A DNA stretch of 61,855 nt, filler included, from Stramenopiles sp. TOSAG23-3 (GCA_900128585.1; 25 parts of 25 records of this genome joined end to end with filler, not necessarily neighbours in it), one strand, 5' to 3'; positions 9,981 through 22,308 are shown, counted from the first letter of the whole stretch. Translations and numbers: made by a program. The notes: generated by a model from the sequence alone, not told the origin.

Positions 9981-12366
9981 GCAACGTTCGATGGGTATGC
10001 ACTAGATGACGACGGGGACGTAATGGCATGTGGCCCTAATTGTAAACTCTGCACATCCAGCGGTTTTTGCCTCGAATGTTCAAAGCATGCATTTTTGTAC
10101 GAAGGAACATGTGATACCGATTGCCCAATTTCCCGTTTTCCAGTGCCCGGGGAGAACAAGGGCGGTGAATGCCGGATCTATGTAACAGCAACCAATATGG
10201 AGGCCCAGGAATCGCCCGTCGCTGCAACTTTGAAAGTTGCTGTCCCGTCGAATAAAATGGTGGACGTCGAAGGAGCCGAAGCATTAGTGACGTTTCCTAG
10301 TGGGTACAATTTTTCCTATGCGAACACACCGGAGTTCCCAGACAACCCCAGAATACATGTATATACCTCGCGTCCGATGAAAACTCACTTTTTAGACATT
10401 ACGTCGGACGATAAAAATTTAACAAACGTCCCAGAAGTCCAAACGGTGACAATAACGGACACGTACAAATCACAGCACATAGATTTCCTGAGCGATTTGG
10501 ACTTGACCAATGACATCGATGAAGTGCAGGTAATAACATTGACTGAGCATTTCAACAAACAGACCATTGAAGTAGTTTATCCAATCTCCGCTAACTTAAC
10601 AGAAAGAGGCACATTCAAAATTGCCTACGGTAGCTCTACCAGTTCATGCATGCCTTGGGAACACACTAGCATTAAGTTCTTGGTAGAGGCGGCAATTCAA
10701 ACTATTCCACAGATCCAAAAGGTGGAAGTAGTTGACCACTACCATGAAATTATCGACGGCTTCGAAGTACACAAGATTGTCGTGGAGTTCCGGACACCAT
10801 CCACGGGCGTGCTTCCATTCAGTGCTGTCACTCACCCGGATACAAATGCACCCCTTTCATTTGAGGGGTGTGAAGAACCAGAGTGTCACGGTGGGGCAAA
10901 GAATTGCAGCAACATTACTGTCACACTCAATCGCGCTCCAGGGTTGGGCTACTATAACAAAGGTAGCTACTTTCAGCTTGAATTTAAAACCAGCTCTATT
11001 GATGCCTGTCCGTTTTGTACCGAGCAAATTGACACCGTGACAGAACCGATCGACTGGGCAGAACAGGACATGTCCGCCGTTACGTCCCTCAGATCCCGAT
11101 TAAACGCGCTAAGCAACGTCGCCAATTCGTCCAGTGACAACGGGACATTTGGCGTAGAGGTTAGCAGAGAGACCATTCAAGGGGCGGAAAGTGTAGTCTT
11201 TTCAATTACATTTTCGGGGTTTTCCGTGGACGGCACAGTCCCACTTTTGCAGCTGTTTCAAGGCCACTCTAATTTAGGGAACGAAAATACTTCCGACGTC
11301 CACACTGTTACAGGTGGACGACTGGAGCCAGTTTCAATAGCAACCCACCGTGTCGGTTCTATGACGGGATTTAAAATTTTGTATGGTGAGGAGCACACAC
11401 AGTGCATGGGGTGGAAAAACACTCTCGCCGTTACAGATCGAATTTTAGAGCTTTCCCAAGTGCCTGATTTTTCTGACATAAAAGTGACACACACAAAAAT
11501 TGATGGGGGTCACCGTTTCATTATAATTTTTGAGTCCGGGGTAACGGTCCCAATTCCCTTCCGGGGGGAAATTTCAGATTGCCCTGTCCTCGCGAACGAA
11601 GTTGCGACCCTAGGCGAGAATACAATCTCTGGGTTTGGAAACTTTGTTGATGGCCACTTCTTCCAATTAGCGTTTTTGTCCAAAGGTTGCCCATATTGCG
11701 AAGATTATGACCAGGCCATGGTAACGAAACCAATAGATTTAGAAGAAAACGATATGTCCAAAGATACTTCTATTCAAAGTCGCCTGAACGTTTTGCGGAA
11801 TATAGCTTTTTCGGCACGTGATCCAGATGAAAGAGGGGTCAGAGTCTCAAGATCGCCGGTACTGAATCGTGAAGGGTATGTGTTTTCAATAACATTTCTG
11901 GGGCATCGGGTACACGGAAATCTTCCCCAGCTGTCCCTCCAAAACAATACCCTGGGAAGCCAATTAACTACCGATTCTATAGAAGTAAATGTCAATACGA
12001 GTGTGAATGGCAGCATTGATGGCTTTAAAATCCAGGTGGGTTCGGAAGTGACAGGCTGTATCAGTTCTCTCTCTCGTGACTTCGGTGACATGTCTTCGGT
12101 GTGGAGTAGGCTGGTGTCACTGCCAAATATACCGTCTGGCATAATTGTTGGTAAAGCGCTATTAAATAACGGGTTTCGCTTTATAATTAACTTGCCCGTT
12201 CACCAGTATGAGCAGTTGGGGGCATTTATAGTTAAACTAGACAGCATCGACTGTGGGGAATTTATTACCCCTGGCGCGCAAGTTTTGCTACCCAGTGACA
12301 CCTTCGAGTCTTACTACGTGAACTTTACAACGGTAGACATGGTTCCCCTTCAAGACTTCGAGTCTA
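9981..12366 (+). CDS. Fragment of a large extracellular protein with a furin-like Cys repeat and EVQ-type beta-rich repeats; truncated at both ends
   Basis: Open across the whole contig; CGPNCKLC...CLEC...GTCDTDCP; EVQTVTI and EVQVITL; duplicated FQLxF..CP(F/Y)C..PID..SRLN.L..V.VSR..FSITF modules. Confidence 0.8.
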
Positions 12367-12732
12367 NNNNNNNNNNNNNNNNNNNNNNNNNNNNNNNNNN
12401 NNNNNNNNNNTTAATTAATTAANNNNNNNNNNNNNNNNNNNNNNNNNNNNNNNNNNNNNNNNNNNNATTATTTATTATTGAATTATTATTATTGAATGAG
12501 AGGAGTAATATTAATATTATTCAGACAGATAAATACTATTCTATATATATGTATAGATGGAAGAAACAAAAAAAAGAAGAAAGAGAGGCTGACACAGAGA
12601 CATGTTTATTTATTTGAAAAAATAATACAGAAGAAGAAAAGGTATTTTGCACCACGTTTCTTTTTCTCTCAAACGCTGTTGATTATTTCCTACACGCACA
12701 CGCAGGACAGGATACAACCCACGTACGTACAC

Positions 12733-14682
12733 ATGTCGTCGAGTGTTCGCGAAGAAAAGCAAAAGCAGCAGTCGCTGTTGGTAAAGAATGACACTTCCGC
12801 CCTTGGCACGGTAGCTGCCGTTGCCGGTGCTGCTGCAGTCGGGGCGGCCATATTGGAAAGGAAGTATGATCTTTCAACGGAAGCCGTCCTTATGAAGAAC
12901 ATCATGTTTGGGCCCCTGCTGAACATTATTCGCAATCGTGGCAAAGAGTTTACCGAAGCGGACGTGTGGGAGCTCGCAAGGAGCAAGGTTCCAGGGTCCA
13001 AAGTTGGGCTGATCAACGCAGAGACGGGAGAAAGTTTCACGTTCGACCAGATCGAAGAGTACAGCAACCGCGTGGCCAACTGGGCCCTGTCTACCGGGAT
13101 GAAGAGCCGGGACGTGTGTGGGTTGTTCATGGAGAACCGGCCTCAGTACATTATGACTTGGCTAGGCCTTTGCAAAATTGGTGTTATTATTGCATTGATC
13201 AACTCGAACAACAAGCGAAAGACCCTTTTGCACGCCCTGTCTACCGGGCACTGTCAGGCGATGATCTTTGGCAGCGAATTGTCTGGGGTTGTCGCAGACG
13301 TGCAGTCGAGCCTGTCCATCCCTTTGATTGCCGCTGGGCCCTCGTGCCCGCCGTTCGCAACGCACTTGCAGAGCGCCCTGCGCACCGCTTCGAACGCACC
13401 AATTTCGAAGAAGAAGCACCGCGCCGGCATCACCACAAAAGATACGTTCGGGTACATTTACACTAGTGGCACGACTGGGCTCCCGAAGGCGTGCATTATG
13501 ACGAACGAGAAGTTTATGATTGCGGGCGTCTTCATGCCAGTCTACATCGGCATCAACCAAAACGACGTGTTGTACACAGCACTGCCGTTGTACCACTCCG
13601 CCGGAGGAATGCTTGGGGTCGGGGTGTTCATGCTTGGGTGCACTGCTGTCATTTCGAAAAAGTTCAGTGCCACGAACTTCTTTCGCCACTGCGCAAAGTA
13701 CAACGCCACGTGCGTCCAGTACATCGGCGAGTTGGCGAGGTACTTGATGAATGCAAAGCCCGGCGATTGGGACACGAAGCACAAAGTCCGCGTGGCGTTC
13801 GGCAACGGAATGCGGAGCGAAGTGTGGGTCCCCTTTCAGAAACGGTTCCGCATCCCGGAAATTGGCGAATTTTACGGCGCGACCGAAGGGAACCAGTCGT
13901 TTGTGAACCACGTCAAGACCACTGATTTCGTTGACTTTCCCGGCGCCGGGGCGTGCGGAAAGATCGGCCTGTTGTTCAAAATGCTACGTGGGGAGCCGAC
14001 GATCATCAAGCACGACGCTGCCACGGAGATGCCCGTGCGCGACCCGAAGACCGGGCTTTGCATCCCATGCGCCCGTGGCGAACCGGGCGAGCTGGTCGGG
14101 TTGATCGACCCGAACATAGCATTCGACGGCTACACCAACAAGGAGGCGACTGCAAAGAAAATTTTGACCGGGGTCTTGCAAAAGGGGGACAAGTATTTCC
14201 GCACGGGAGACTTGGCACGCTACACCCCGGAAGGGTACGTCTACTTTGTGGACCGTGTCGGGGATACTTTTCGCTGGAAGGGGGAGAACGTTTCCACGGG
14301 CGAAGTAGCGGCCATTGTCGGCGAAATCGCAGGCGTCACCGAGGCAAACATCTATGGCGTCAAAGTTCCGAGTAGCCAGGACGGCCGCGCATGCATGGCG
14401 GCCATCACGACGGTAAACAACCAAACACCGAACCTGGAAGTTTTTTTAAAACACGTTGACGAGAATTTGGCGACCTACCAGCGGCCTTTGTTCGTTCGCC
14501 ATTTGCCAGAAATGGAATCGACGGGTACGTTCAAGCAGCGCAAAGTAACGTTCGTCAAAGAAGGCATGGACCCAAGCGTTGTCAAAGACCCAATGTGGTG
14601 GTACAACCCAGCAGCCAAAAAGTATGAAGTACTGGACGCCCAAGCGTACCAAACCCTCGTCCTGGGCCGTGCAAGAATGTAA
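12733..14682 (+). CDS. Long-chain fatty acid transport protein / very-long-chain acyl-CoA synthetase (FATP, SLC27 family)
   Basis: AMP-binding YIYTSGTTGLPKA; LPLYHS; YIGELARYL; EFYGATEGN; FATP signature YFVDRVGDTFRWKGENVST. Confidence 0.95.
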   Translation: MSSSVREEKQKQQSLLVKNDTSALGTVAAVAGAAAVGAAILERKYDLSTEAVLMKNIMFGPLLNIIRNRGKEFTEADVWELARSKVPGSKVGLINAETGESFTFDQIEEYSNRVANWALSTGMKSRDVCGLFMENRPQYIMTWLGLCKIGVIIALINSNNKRKTLLHALSTGHCQAMIFGSELSGVVADVQSSLSIPLIAAGPSCPPFATHLQSALRTASNAPISKKKHRAGITTKDTFGYIYTSGTTGLPKACIMTNEKFMIAGVFMPVYIGINQNDVLYTALPLYHSAGGMLGVGVFMLGCTAVISKKFSATNFFRHCAKYNATCVQYIGELARYLMNAKPGDWDTKHKVRVAFGNGMRSEVWVPFQKRFRIPEIGEFYGATEGNQSFVNHVKTTDFVDFPGAGACGKIGLLFKMLRGEPTIIKHDAATEMPVRDPKTGLCIPCARGEPGELVGLIDPNIAFDGYTNKEATAKKILTGVLQKGDKYFRTGDLARYTPEGYVYFVDRVGDTFRWKGENVSTGEVAAIVGEIAGVTEANIYGVKVPSSQDGRACMAAITTVNNQTPNLEVFLKHVDENLATYQRPLFVRHLPEMESTGTFKQRKVTFVKEGMDPSVVKDPMWWYNPAAKKYEVLDAQAYQTLVLGRARM

Positions 14683-14953
14683 TACGTAAAAACATTAAAA
14701 AAAAGTGTTTTTTGTTTTTCTAAAATGGAGATATAATAACTTTACATATTGATCTTAAAATATAACTGGACATAAATTTTAGATACGTCACATTTGTTGG
14801 TAAATAACTAAACTAACTAACAGCCATTATTTTTTTGTTTTCAAAGATACATTNNNNNNNNNNNNNNNNNNNNNNNNNNNNNNNNNNNNNNNNNNNNTTA
14901 ATTAATTAANNNNNNNNNNNNNNNNNNNNNNNNNNNNNNNNNNNNNNNNNNNN

Positions 14954-17340
14954 AACGGCACGTTTGCTGGACTAGACGATAGTTTTGGGGCCGACGAAGA
15001 GCCTTTGGGAGAGACGGAAGTGTCCATCGTGCCGAGCGTGTCCCGGGGTGGGGTGGGCCTGGCAGACTACAGAGCCGGAACTGAATCGAGCGGCACCAGC
15101 GGCAACAACAGCCCAGAGGCGCTACAGCCGGCTGGGGGGGAAGGGAACAGTGAAGAATTTACGGAAGAGGAGGCAGAGTTTGCCAAGGAAATTGTAAAGC
15201 TGGTTGACAAACAGTTGGCGGCCGGGTTCGAAGAGCGAGACAAGCTGATTCTAGAAGTCCAGTCGTCGTTGGTACAGTTCACAGAAGCGTTGAAGGACCA
15301 AGGCAGCTTGTTTTCGCCCCGTGGCCACGAGTTTCGGGAGAGTCAGAACCAGCACGTCGGTCAGTCGCAAGATTACTCCCCAATGAACTCGAGGCAACCT
15401 CAAACGAAGCCGCACCAGGCAGTCTGGTGGAAATTGACCTCGACGTATCAAATTCTAGTCCGACGAGGGACTTGGCGAAACCACTATCCCCACCAAAACC
15501 TCGGCGGCCTCGCACTTTGTTGAATGGACACAACGGTCATGTTATGGTCGTTGCGCCGCACCCTGTGAAACGATTTGTGGCCACAACTAGCTTGGACAAA
15601 ACTGTGCGCATTTGGGATATGATATTGAACAACACAAGTTATTGTCTATGGCACGGCTTGCAACTAAGGGGTTGTGCGCCGATTGGTCGGCCAGTGGCTC
15701 TTTGCTAGCTGTTGGGTTGGCTAATGGTATCATGGTGGTGCTGAAGGTGGCAAGTTCCGGGAAAAATATTGAGATAGCATTTGAACGTAGCCTTCGGCCC
15801 ATCGACAAGTCTGCGCCAAGGCTTAAGTTGCCCGAAAAGCTGGCCCTAAGAGGCCCTAAAGGTGCAAAGAAGAGAGATGGCGGGGAAGTCGAAAACCCTC
15901 CAAACCGAAGAGGGAAGAAAAAAGATTTTGGAATATCATGTATTCAATTTTCTGGAGATGGGAGAAGACTAGCGGTTGGTACTCGAAGCTGCCGCATCTT
16001 TGTTTTTGATGCAAGTGAACCTGAAATCTCGGCTAGCAACACCAAGCGAAATCACGATAATTACAGAATGATTGCCGATTGCAAAGGCCACAGTGCCGCG
16101 GTAATGCACATCGACTTTTCTGACGATGGTGAATGGATTGTTTCTAATTGTACGGGTAGAGAGATCCTTTATTGGAATGCGGCAACTGGGAAGCAAGATA
16201 GAGATGCTCTGAGTAAACGTGACATAAACTGGGCAATGACGACCTGTGTTTTCGGATGGGCAACCCAAGGGGTGTGGCGACCTTCAACGGAAGAAGAAAT
16301 GCTGGCAGTTGACTATGGGCAGTCTACTGATAACCAGGCGAATTGGATAGGTACTCTAAGGGGCATAAATGCAAAACAAAAGACAGCGGCGTTCAATCGT
16401 GACGCACCTGCAGTAAAAACAAAGAAAGTACCTCCACGTAGAATAGCTTCTGTGTGTCGTTCGAGTTCGGGCAACTTGTTGGTTGCCGCTGATGATAGGC
16501 AACGTGTGGCGCTGTACCGTCATCCAGCTTTGCCCAACAGCACTCCGCGTCTGTACGCTGGCCACGGGGTGGCCGCTACTAGTGTCTGTTTTAGTGTCAA
16601 TGATGAGCACGTGGTCTCCGCTGGGGGGGCAGACTGTACCATTTTGGTATGGAAACATAATACTAGTGGGCTGCCAACAAAAAAGAAGAAAAAGAAAATA
16701 AAATCAGACGATCACCCTGACGAACCAACGTACGGCATTGAAGAAGCTTGGTTGCTTTTGGAAGATCAAAAAGGTGACAGTCTGCTTGAAAATGTGACAG
16801 CAAAAGAGACCCTAGCTTGGAAATATCTAGAGGACGACAAGGCTACCGCACCCCCAAAAGAATTAGGCCTTCCTGATTTGTCAGGCGAAAAGCCGATATT
16901 CAAGCCAATAAAGCCGCCCAGGAATACAAAACCAAAGCCAAAGCCACCTCCACGTCCGAAAAAAGTAGAGCAAGTCGAGAATAGCGAAGACCCTGCTGGC
17001 AATGAACACGCGCCAGGGTTTGGGGAGACCGCAGCCATTACAAAGGATAAGCCGGGTCCAAACCAAACTCAAACTGCAGAAAACATAAACAAAAGTGAAG
17101 GTTTGTCCTATGTCCAGCCGAAAAAAGAAGGAAATGAGTCACCTGTAGCAGCCGAAATCTCCAATGAACCTAAAGATGTCGAATCAACTGATATGGCTGA
17201 CACAGAGACTAAAGCAGAAAATTCTGAAACAGCCCCAGATGCAAATGTAGAGTCAAAACCCACGCTAGCAGAAGAAAATGCAGAAATGCCTAATGTTGAT
17301 GATTTGCCGTCTACTTCGACATCAGAAAGTACAGACGATC
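14954..17340 (+). pseudogene. EML/WDR90-like WD40 protein split across three frames by two frameshifts (pseudogene or assembly error); truncated at both ends
   Basis: GHNGHVMVVAPHP...TTSLDKTVRIWD continues in another frame as IEQHKLLSMARL...CADWSASGSLLAVG; CKGHSAAVMHIDFS, EILYW and WAMTTCVFGWATQGVW are EML-type motifs. Confidence 0.75.
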
Positions 17341-17872
17341 NNNNNNNNNNNNNNNNNNNNNNNNNNNNNNNNNNNNNNNNNNNNTTAATTAATTAANNNN
17401 NNNNNNNNNNNNNNNNNNNNNNNNNNNNNNNNNNNNNNNNCAATGTGCGTCGATCCGTGTTCCACACTAACCCTAACAGGGGAATCGTGTTTGGGTCAAA
17501 ATACCATTCGTCTGGTTTAGTCGTTTCTCCACCAAAGTACTTGTACCATAGTATTATTAATATCAGTCGTTTACACAACAAATGAAGTTGAAGAGGGAGG
17601 GAGGAAGGGGGAGGAGGGGGTGGTATTAAAATATTTAATAATAGACGATTGATAGTATTATAGTATGATGGGTGGTAATATATATAAAAAAGAAGTGGTG
17701 GTGGTAGTTGTTTATTATTACTTACCACACTTGTTGTTGGTATTAAATAAGACAATATTTGTGCAGGGTCGCTGCTTCACGCGTTCTTCGACGTGGCGCT
17801 TTTTTTTATTTGAGATGTTACAGGAAAACGTGGACACCACCACCACCAGTACCAGTATCCTCTCTCTCAAAG

Positions 17873-19468
17873 ATGGCGCCGACTGATGTTGTAGGCAACG
17901 CCATCGAGTCTTCAAAGTTTGGGTTCTACCAGATATACACGTTGCTCGTGTGCTGGGGGGCTCTCTTTGCAGATGGTGGGGAAATGCTAGTGATTTCGCT
18001 CATATCCAGCGAGATGGGGAAAACGTTCAAGTGGAACAAGTCTGACACGAACCACTACGTCGGGCTTCTCGGGTCGATGACGTTCTTCGGTTTTCTGCTG
18101 GGAAGTCTTGGGGGCGGGAAATTGATTGATATCTGGGGCAGAAGGCTACCGTTCGTTACCTTCAATTTTGTTACTTTTGTGTTTGGCCTGGCGTCCGCCT
18201 TTGCGCCATCGTTTTGGTACTTGGGAATGTGCCGTTTCATCACGGGGTTGGGCGTCGGGGGCAGCATCCCTTGCGCAACGGCTATCCTGGCCGAAATCTG
18301 CCCGAACAAACAGCGAAAAATATTGATTCTGACGAAAACCATAGGTTTCGTTTTCGGCGAAATTTTAATAGGCCTTGAGGCGCAGGTTATTCTTCCTAAG
18401 GGCATTCCGACCCAGACCTGGCGACAGCTCCTCGTAGTCGCATCGTTGCCGGCGCTCGTTGCGTTTTTCCTCAGCCTGTTTTTTCTGGACGAGTCCCCTC
18501 GGTTTTTGGAATTGAACATCGGGTTCATGGAAGAGCAGGTGAAGAAAAAGGACGACGACGACGGCGTGTTGTCGGAAAAAATCAAGAATATGCGGACGCA
18601 ACTGGTGGATGTGTTGAAGAAAATAGCCGCCAAAAACGAATGGGGGAGGAGCATGTGCTGCCCGTGCTTTAGCAAGCCCGCCCTCCTGACGGCATCGGAG
18701 GAGAAGGACATCGTCTCGGCACCGTTCCGAAGGCGCGGAAAGCAAGGGGAAATCATGGAACTGTTCCGGTCCCCGCCGACCCAGCCGGACAGGACACGGG
18801 TGACAATCCTGCTGTTTTTCATATGGTTTGCCCAAAGCTATATGTATTACGGTGTTATTTTTACGTTTCCAATCACGCTGACGCATTCCGGTGAGAGCGC
18901 GCACGGGATGACGGGACAGGTCGTCTTTGCGGCGTTCGGGGAGTTGCTCGGAGCGCTCTCCGCAATATTTCTGGTTGAGCTGCCCTTTTTTGGAACTCGG
19001 CGGCTCCTCATGTTCGAGGAAGTGCTCGCCGTAATAACGTTCTTTCTGTGCGCCTGGATGGCCGCGCTCCCCGAGAAAACCCCCAACCGGGCCATTATAT
19101 TCTTCTGGTTTGTGTTTTCTTCTAAAATATGGACCAACGGGGCTTTTGACTTGGTCTTCCCGTACACGGCCGAGTACTACCCGACGAGGCTGAGGGGAAC
19201 TGGGCTGGGCTACGGGTCTGCAGCCGCCCGGGTCGGGGGAATCATCACCCCATACGCGGCGTTGCAGCTTCACGAAAAAATGGGACGGCACGCCCCGTAT
19301 GTTAATTTCGGAATCGCAGGTATTGTTGGAGTCATGTTTATATATTTTCTACCGGAAGTTCGAGGCCTCTACAATGAATCGGATAGGCCAGAGGAGAATG
19401 CGGGTGCTGGAAATGAGGAGGATCATCTCCCCCTTTTGTCCCAGCAGGACGGAGGGGACGACGTGTAA
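17873..19468 (+). CDS. MFS transporter, SV2/SVOP (organic cation)-like
   Basis: FGFYQ, ADGGEM, DIWGRR, RFITGLGVGG, LDESPRFL, YTAEYYPTRLRGTGLG; about 12 TM. Confidence 0.92.
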   Translation: MAPTDVVGNAIESSKFGFYQIYTLLVCWGALFADGGEMLVISLISSEMGKTFKWNKSDTNHYVGLLGSMTFFGFLLGSLGGGKLIDIWGRRLPFVTFNFVTFVFGLASAFAPSFWYLGMCRFITGLGVGGSIPCATAILAEICPNKQRKILILTKTIGFVFGEILIGLEAQVILPKGIPTQTWRQLLVVASLPALVAFFLSLFFLDESPRFLELNIGFMEEQVKKKDDDDGVLSEKIKNMRTQLVDVLKKIAAKNEWGRSMCCPCFSKPALLTASEEKDIVSAPFRRRGKQGEIMELFRSPPTQPDRTRVTILLFFIWFAQSYMYYGVIFTFPITLTHSGESAHGMTGQVVFAAFGELLGALSAIFLVELPFFGTRRLLMFEEVLAVITFFLCAWMAALPEKTPNRAIIFFWFVFSSKIWTNGAFDLVFPYTAEYYPTRLRGTGLGYGSAAARVGGIITPYAALQLHEKMGRHAPYVNFGIAGIVGVMFIYFLPEVRGLYNESDRPEENAGAGNEEDHLPLLSQQDGGDDV

Positions 19469-19489
19469 TAATTTAAGAAATTATATTAC

Positions 19490-19825
19490 AAACAAAATAT
19501 TGGCTGTTCTTTAAGCATGATATCTCCCTCATGTATTTTCATGTTAGTTTTATGATTTACGTCATCGGTAGGAAATCCGCTTAGAAAGCCGACCCCGATC
19601 AAATACTCTCACACATATCTATTTTGTGTGTACAGAAAGGCATGAGACCCTGTTTCTCTCTTTAATTAATTACTTAAATAACAGCCAACATACTATATAT
19701 TTTGTTTCTTAAATAACAGCCAATTTTCTTGCTTTTTAATTAAAGAACAACGAGCACCTCAAAAACAATTAAGCCGCTGCTTGGAAAATCGCACAAGGAT
19801 TGAGTCACCTATGAGTGAGATATCG
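19490..19825 (+). mobile_element. Dispersed repeat family copy (AAATAACAGCCAATT modules plus RQRAP...SEISDEE-type segment)
   Basis: Shares blocks with 24120-24792, 41125-41720, 45480-46002 and 52670-53220. Confidence 0.75.
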
Positions 19826-20446
19826 NNNNNNNNNNNNNNNNNNNNNNNNNNNNNNNNNNNNNNNNNNNNTTAATTAATTAANNNNNNNNNNNNNNNNNNN
19901 NNNNNNNNNNNNNNNNNNNNNNNNNCAAAAAAGATATTTATTCGGTTCTTTCAAGTAGGAAAATAATGTATTCTAATATTAACATCCTATATAGTATCAT
20001 AATCATAATATGGTTTGATATTGTAATTATAGTAATATAAAATATACTATTTTATTATTTACCCTATATAATAGTTTGTACTATAAATATATACTTAAAG
20101 AAAGAATGAAATGGTGGAGAAAAAAGATATTTTTTTCATTCTTCCTTTTTTTCTTTTTTTCCTTCTTCCTTCTTCTTCTTCTCTAAAGAAGAAAGGAAAT
20201 CTTCTTTTATAATTAAAATTTGATTGAACAAATAAGGAACAAAACATTTTTTTAAAGATGAATGGTGGAATCTATTGCCAAGGACTTTGTTTGTTTCATT
20301 GCCAATTTATTGTCTTCCTGTAAGAGTTTGCGTTGGAGCATACGTATTGAAACGATACACATACATATATATCTATTCAAAGAAGGACGACCGGCTGAGC
20401 ACCCACCGACCGACCGACCAACCGACCGACCAACCACGCTTCCGCT

Positions 20447-21760
20447 ATGATCTCCGCCGTTATGCTTATGAACCTGCGGGGGGATGTCATCATCTACCGT
20501 GTGTACCGTGGTGACATCTCCCGGGACGCAACCCAGGCCTTTCGGTTGAACGTCATCGCCAGGAAAGAGACGGGCACGATGCCGCCCGTACTCTACATTG
20601 ACAACAGCTCCTACTTGTACACTCGTATCAACGACCTATTTTTTGTTTGCGTAACCCGCAGTAACGTGAACCCGGCCCTCGGTTTTAGTTTTATTTACAG
20701 CATGCTTGGGGTGTTCAAGGCTTACTTTGACGGAGACCTGAACGAGAAAAAGGTGCGAAACAATTTTACCCTCATCTACGAGCTGCTGGACGAGACCATG
20801 GATTTCGGCTACCCACAGAATAGCAGCGTCGACGTGCTGCAGCTCTACATCTTGACCACGGACAAGAAGTTGAGCCTGAAGGACGCGAACGTAGACAATA
20901 GTCAGATTACAAGCCAGATCACCGGGGCGGTGGACTGGAGGAAGCGGGACCTGAGGTATAAAAAGAATGAAGTGTTCATTGACGTGCTGGAAAACGTCAA
21001 CTTGCTGATGTCCGCGGACGGGAACGTGCTCCGGAACGACGTGACGGGGAAAGTCCTGATGAAGACGTACTTGACGGGCATGCCAGAGTGCAAGTTCGGC
21101 CTGAACGACAAGGTTGCCATGGACAAGAGCCCGGCCACCAACATGGCCAAGAAGCCAGGGGCCCGCCGCTCGCCCAAGTCCGTCGAAATCGACGACTGCA
21201 CGTTTCACCGTTGCGTGCGCCTCGGAAAGTTTGACGCGGACCGGACCATCACCTTCATCCCGCCGGACGGGGAGTTCGACCTGATGACCTACCGCATCAC
21301 GGATAACGTCCAGTTGCCTTTTCGGATAATCCCGATAGTAGAAGAGCGGGGCGGGGCCAGCGCGGTGTTCAACATCAAAGCCATATCGAACTTCAACAAG
21401 GACCTAATCGCCTCCAACATAGTATTTAAAATCCCAGTCCCGCCGAACACTGCGCGTTGCAAAATACGCGTCACCTCGGGCAGTGCAAAGTATGAGCCGG
21501 AGAATTGCGCGATCGTGTGGCGCATGCGATCGTTCCCTGGGAAGCACGAGTATGCCATGCATGCCACGGCAGAGCTCATGGTGAGCACGAAAGGGAAGAA
21601 GTGGGCAAGGCCGCCGATTTGCCTGTCGTTCCAGGTCCCGATGTTTACTGCATCGGGCCTCGTCGTCAGATTTTTAAAAGTGTTTGAAAAGACTGCTTAC
21701 CAAACAACCAAGTGGGTACGGTACGTGACTCGGGCAGGAAACTACCAAATCCGCATTTAG
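20447..21760 (+). CDS. AP2M1: AP-2 complex subunit mu
   Basis: IYELLDETMDFGYPQ, YKKNEVFIDV, LTGMPECKFGLNDK, IDDCTFHRCVRLGKFD, FQVPMFTASGLVVRFLKVFEK, KWVRYVTRAG. Confidence 0.95.
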   Translation: MISAVMLMNLRGDVIIYRVYRGDISRDATQAFRLNVIARKETGTMPPVLYIDNSSYLYTRINDLFFVCVTRSNVNPALGFSFIYSMLGVFKAYFDGDLNEKKVRNNFTLIYELLDETMDFGYPQNSSVDVLQLYILTTDKKLSLKDANVDNSQITSQITGAVDWRKRDLRYKKNEVFIDVLENVNLLMSADGNVLRNDVTGKVLMKTYLTGMPECKFGLNDKVAMDKSPATNMAKKPGARRSPKSVEIDDCTFHRCVRLGKFDADRTITFIPPDGEFDLMTYRITDNVQLPFRIIPIVEERGGASAVFNIKAISNFNKDLIASNIVFKIPVPPNTARCKIRVTSGSAKYEPENCAIVWRMRSFPGKHEYAMHATAELMVSTKGKKWARPPICLSFQVPMFTASGLVVRFLKVFEKTAYQTTKWVRYVTRAGNYQIRI

Positions 21761-21954
21761 ACGCGAGGGAACTAGTGGAGGGGCGGACGGGCCACTCGGA
21801 AAGCGTGGGTTGAACCCAGGTAAGACTTCTCTTAATAAAATAAAAATAGTTCTTTTAAAATGAAACACGCGCGTGCGAAAGTAATGTCTCGTTTATGCGC
21901 GCTCCAGATGTCCCACAAGCACCTCTCCCACAATTTCGTCGGACGGAGTCCGGC

Positions 21955-22308
21955 TCATTTCCCCCCCTTTTCTCGCTCTGCTTTCAGCTGCGCTTCAAGA
22001 GCGACATAATCCACGTTCGTCCTACGCCGCTTCCTGGGCCTGTCGCTTTCCGTGTCCGCCTCTGCGATCGCGGGGGGCGCCTCCTTTACTGGTATAGAGG
22101 AATGCAAATCGGCGCCGTCCGCCACCATTTCCTGGGCACGGGCCTCTGCCAAGGCGACGCGCCGCCGGTACTCTTCCATTTCTTTCTCCTCGGCGATGGC
22201 CCGCGCCTTCTGCCGTTCGTCTTCTCTGGCCCTCTCGTGCTCTTCTTCGAACGCACGGAGTGAGGCGGAGTCCGACGCTACGCCGGGGAACGAAAGGGAG
22301 CGAAGGTG
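21955..22308 (-). CDS. 3' end of a coiled-coil nuclear-type protein, 5' truncated
   Basis: GC-rich frame open to the contig edge; RPRKRRRTNVDYVALEAQL (NLS-like). Confidence 0.6.
   Translation of the reverse strand, partial: HLRSLSFPGVASDSASLRAFEEEHERAREDERQKARAIAEEKEMEEYRRRVALAEARAQEMVADGADLHSSIPVKEAPPAIAEADTESDRPRKRRRTNVDYVALEAQLKAEREKGGK

Noticed and set aside
12496-12732. N-terminal extensions in the ORF track (FATP; also 17759, 56217, 57175, 59916)
   Set aside because: AT-rich non-coding-like sequence; downstream ATGs coincide with the GC shift and family-typical starts
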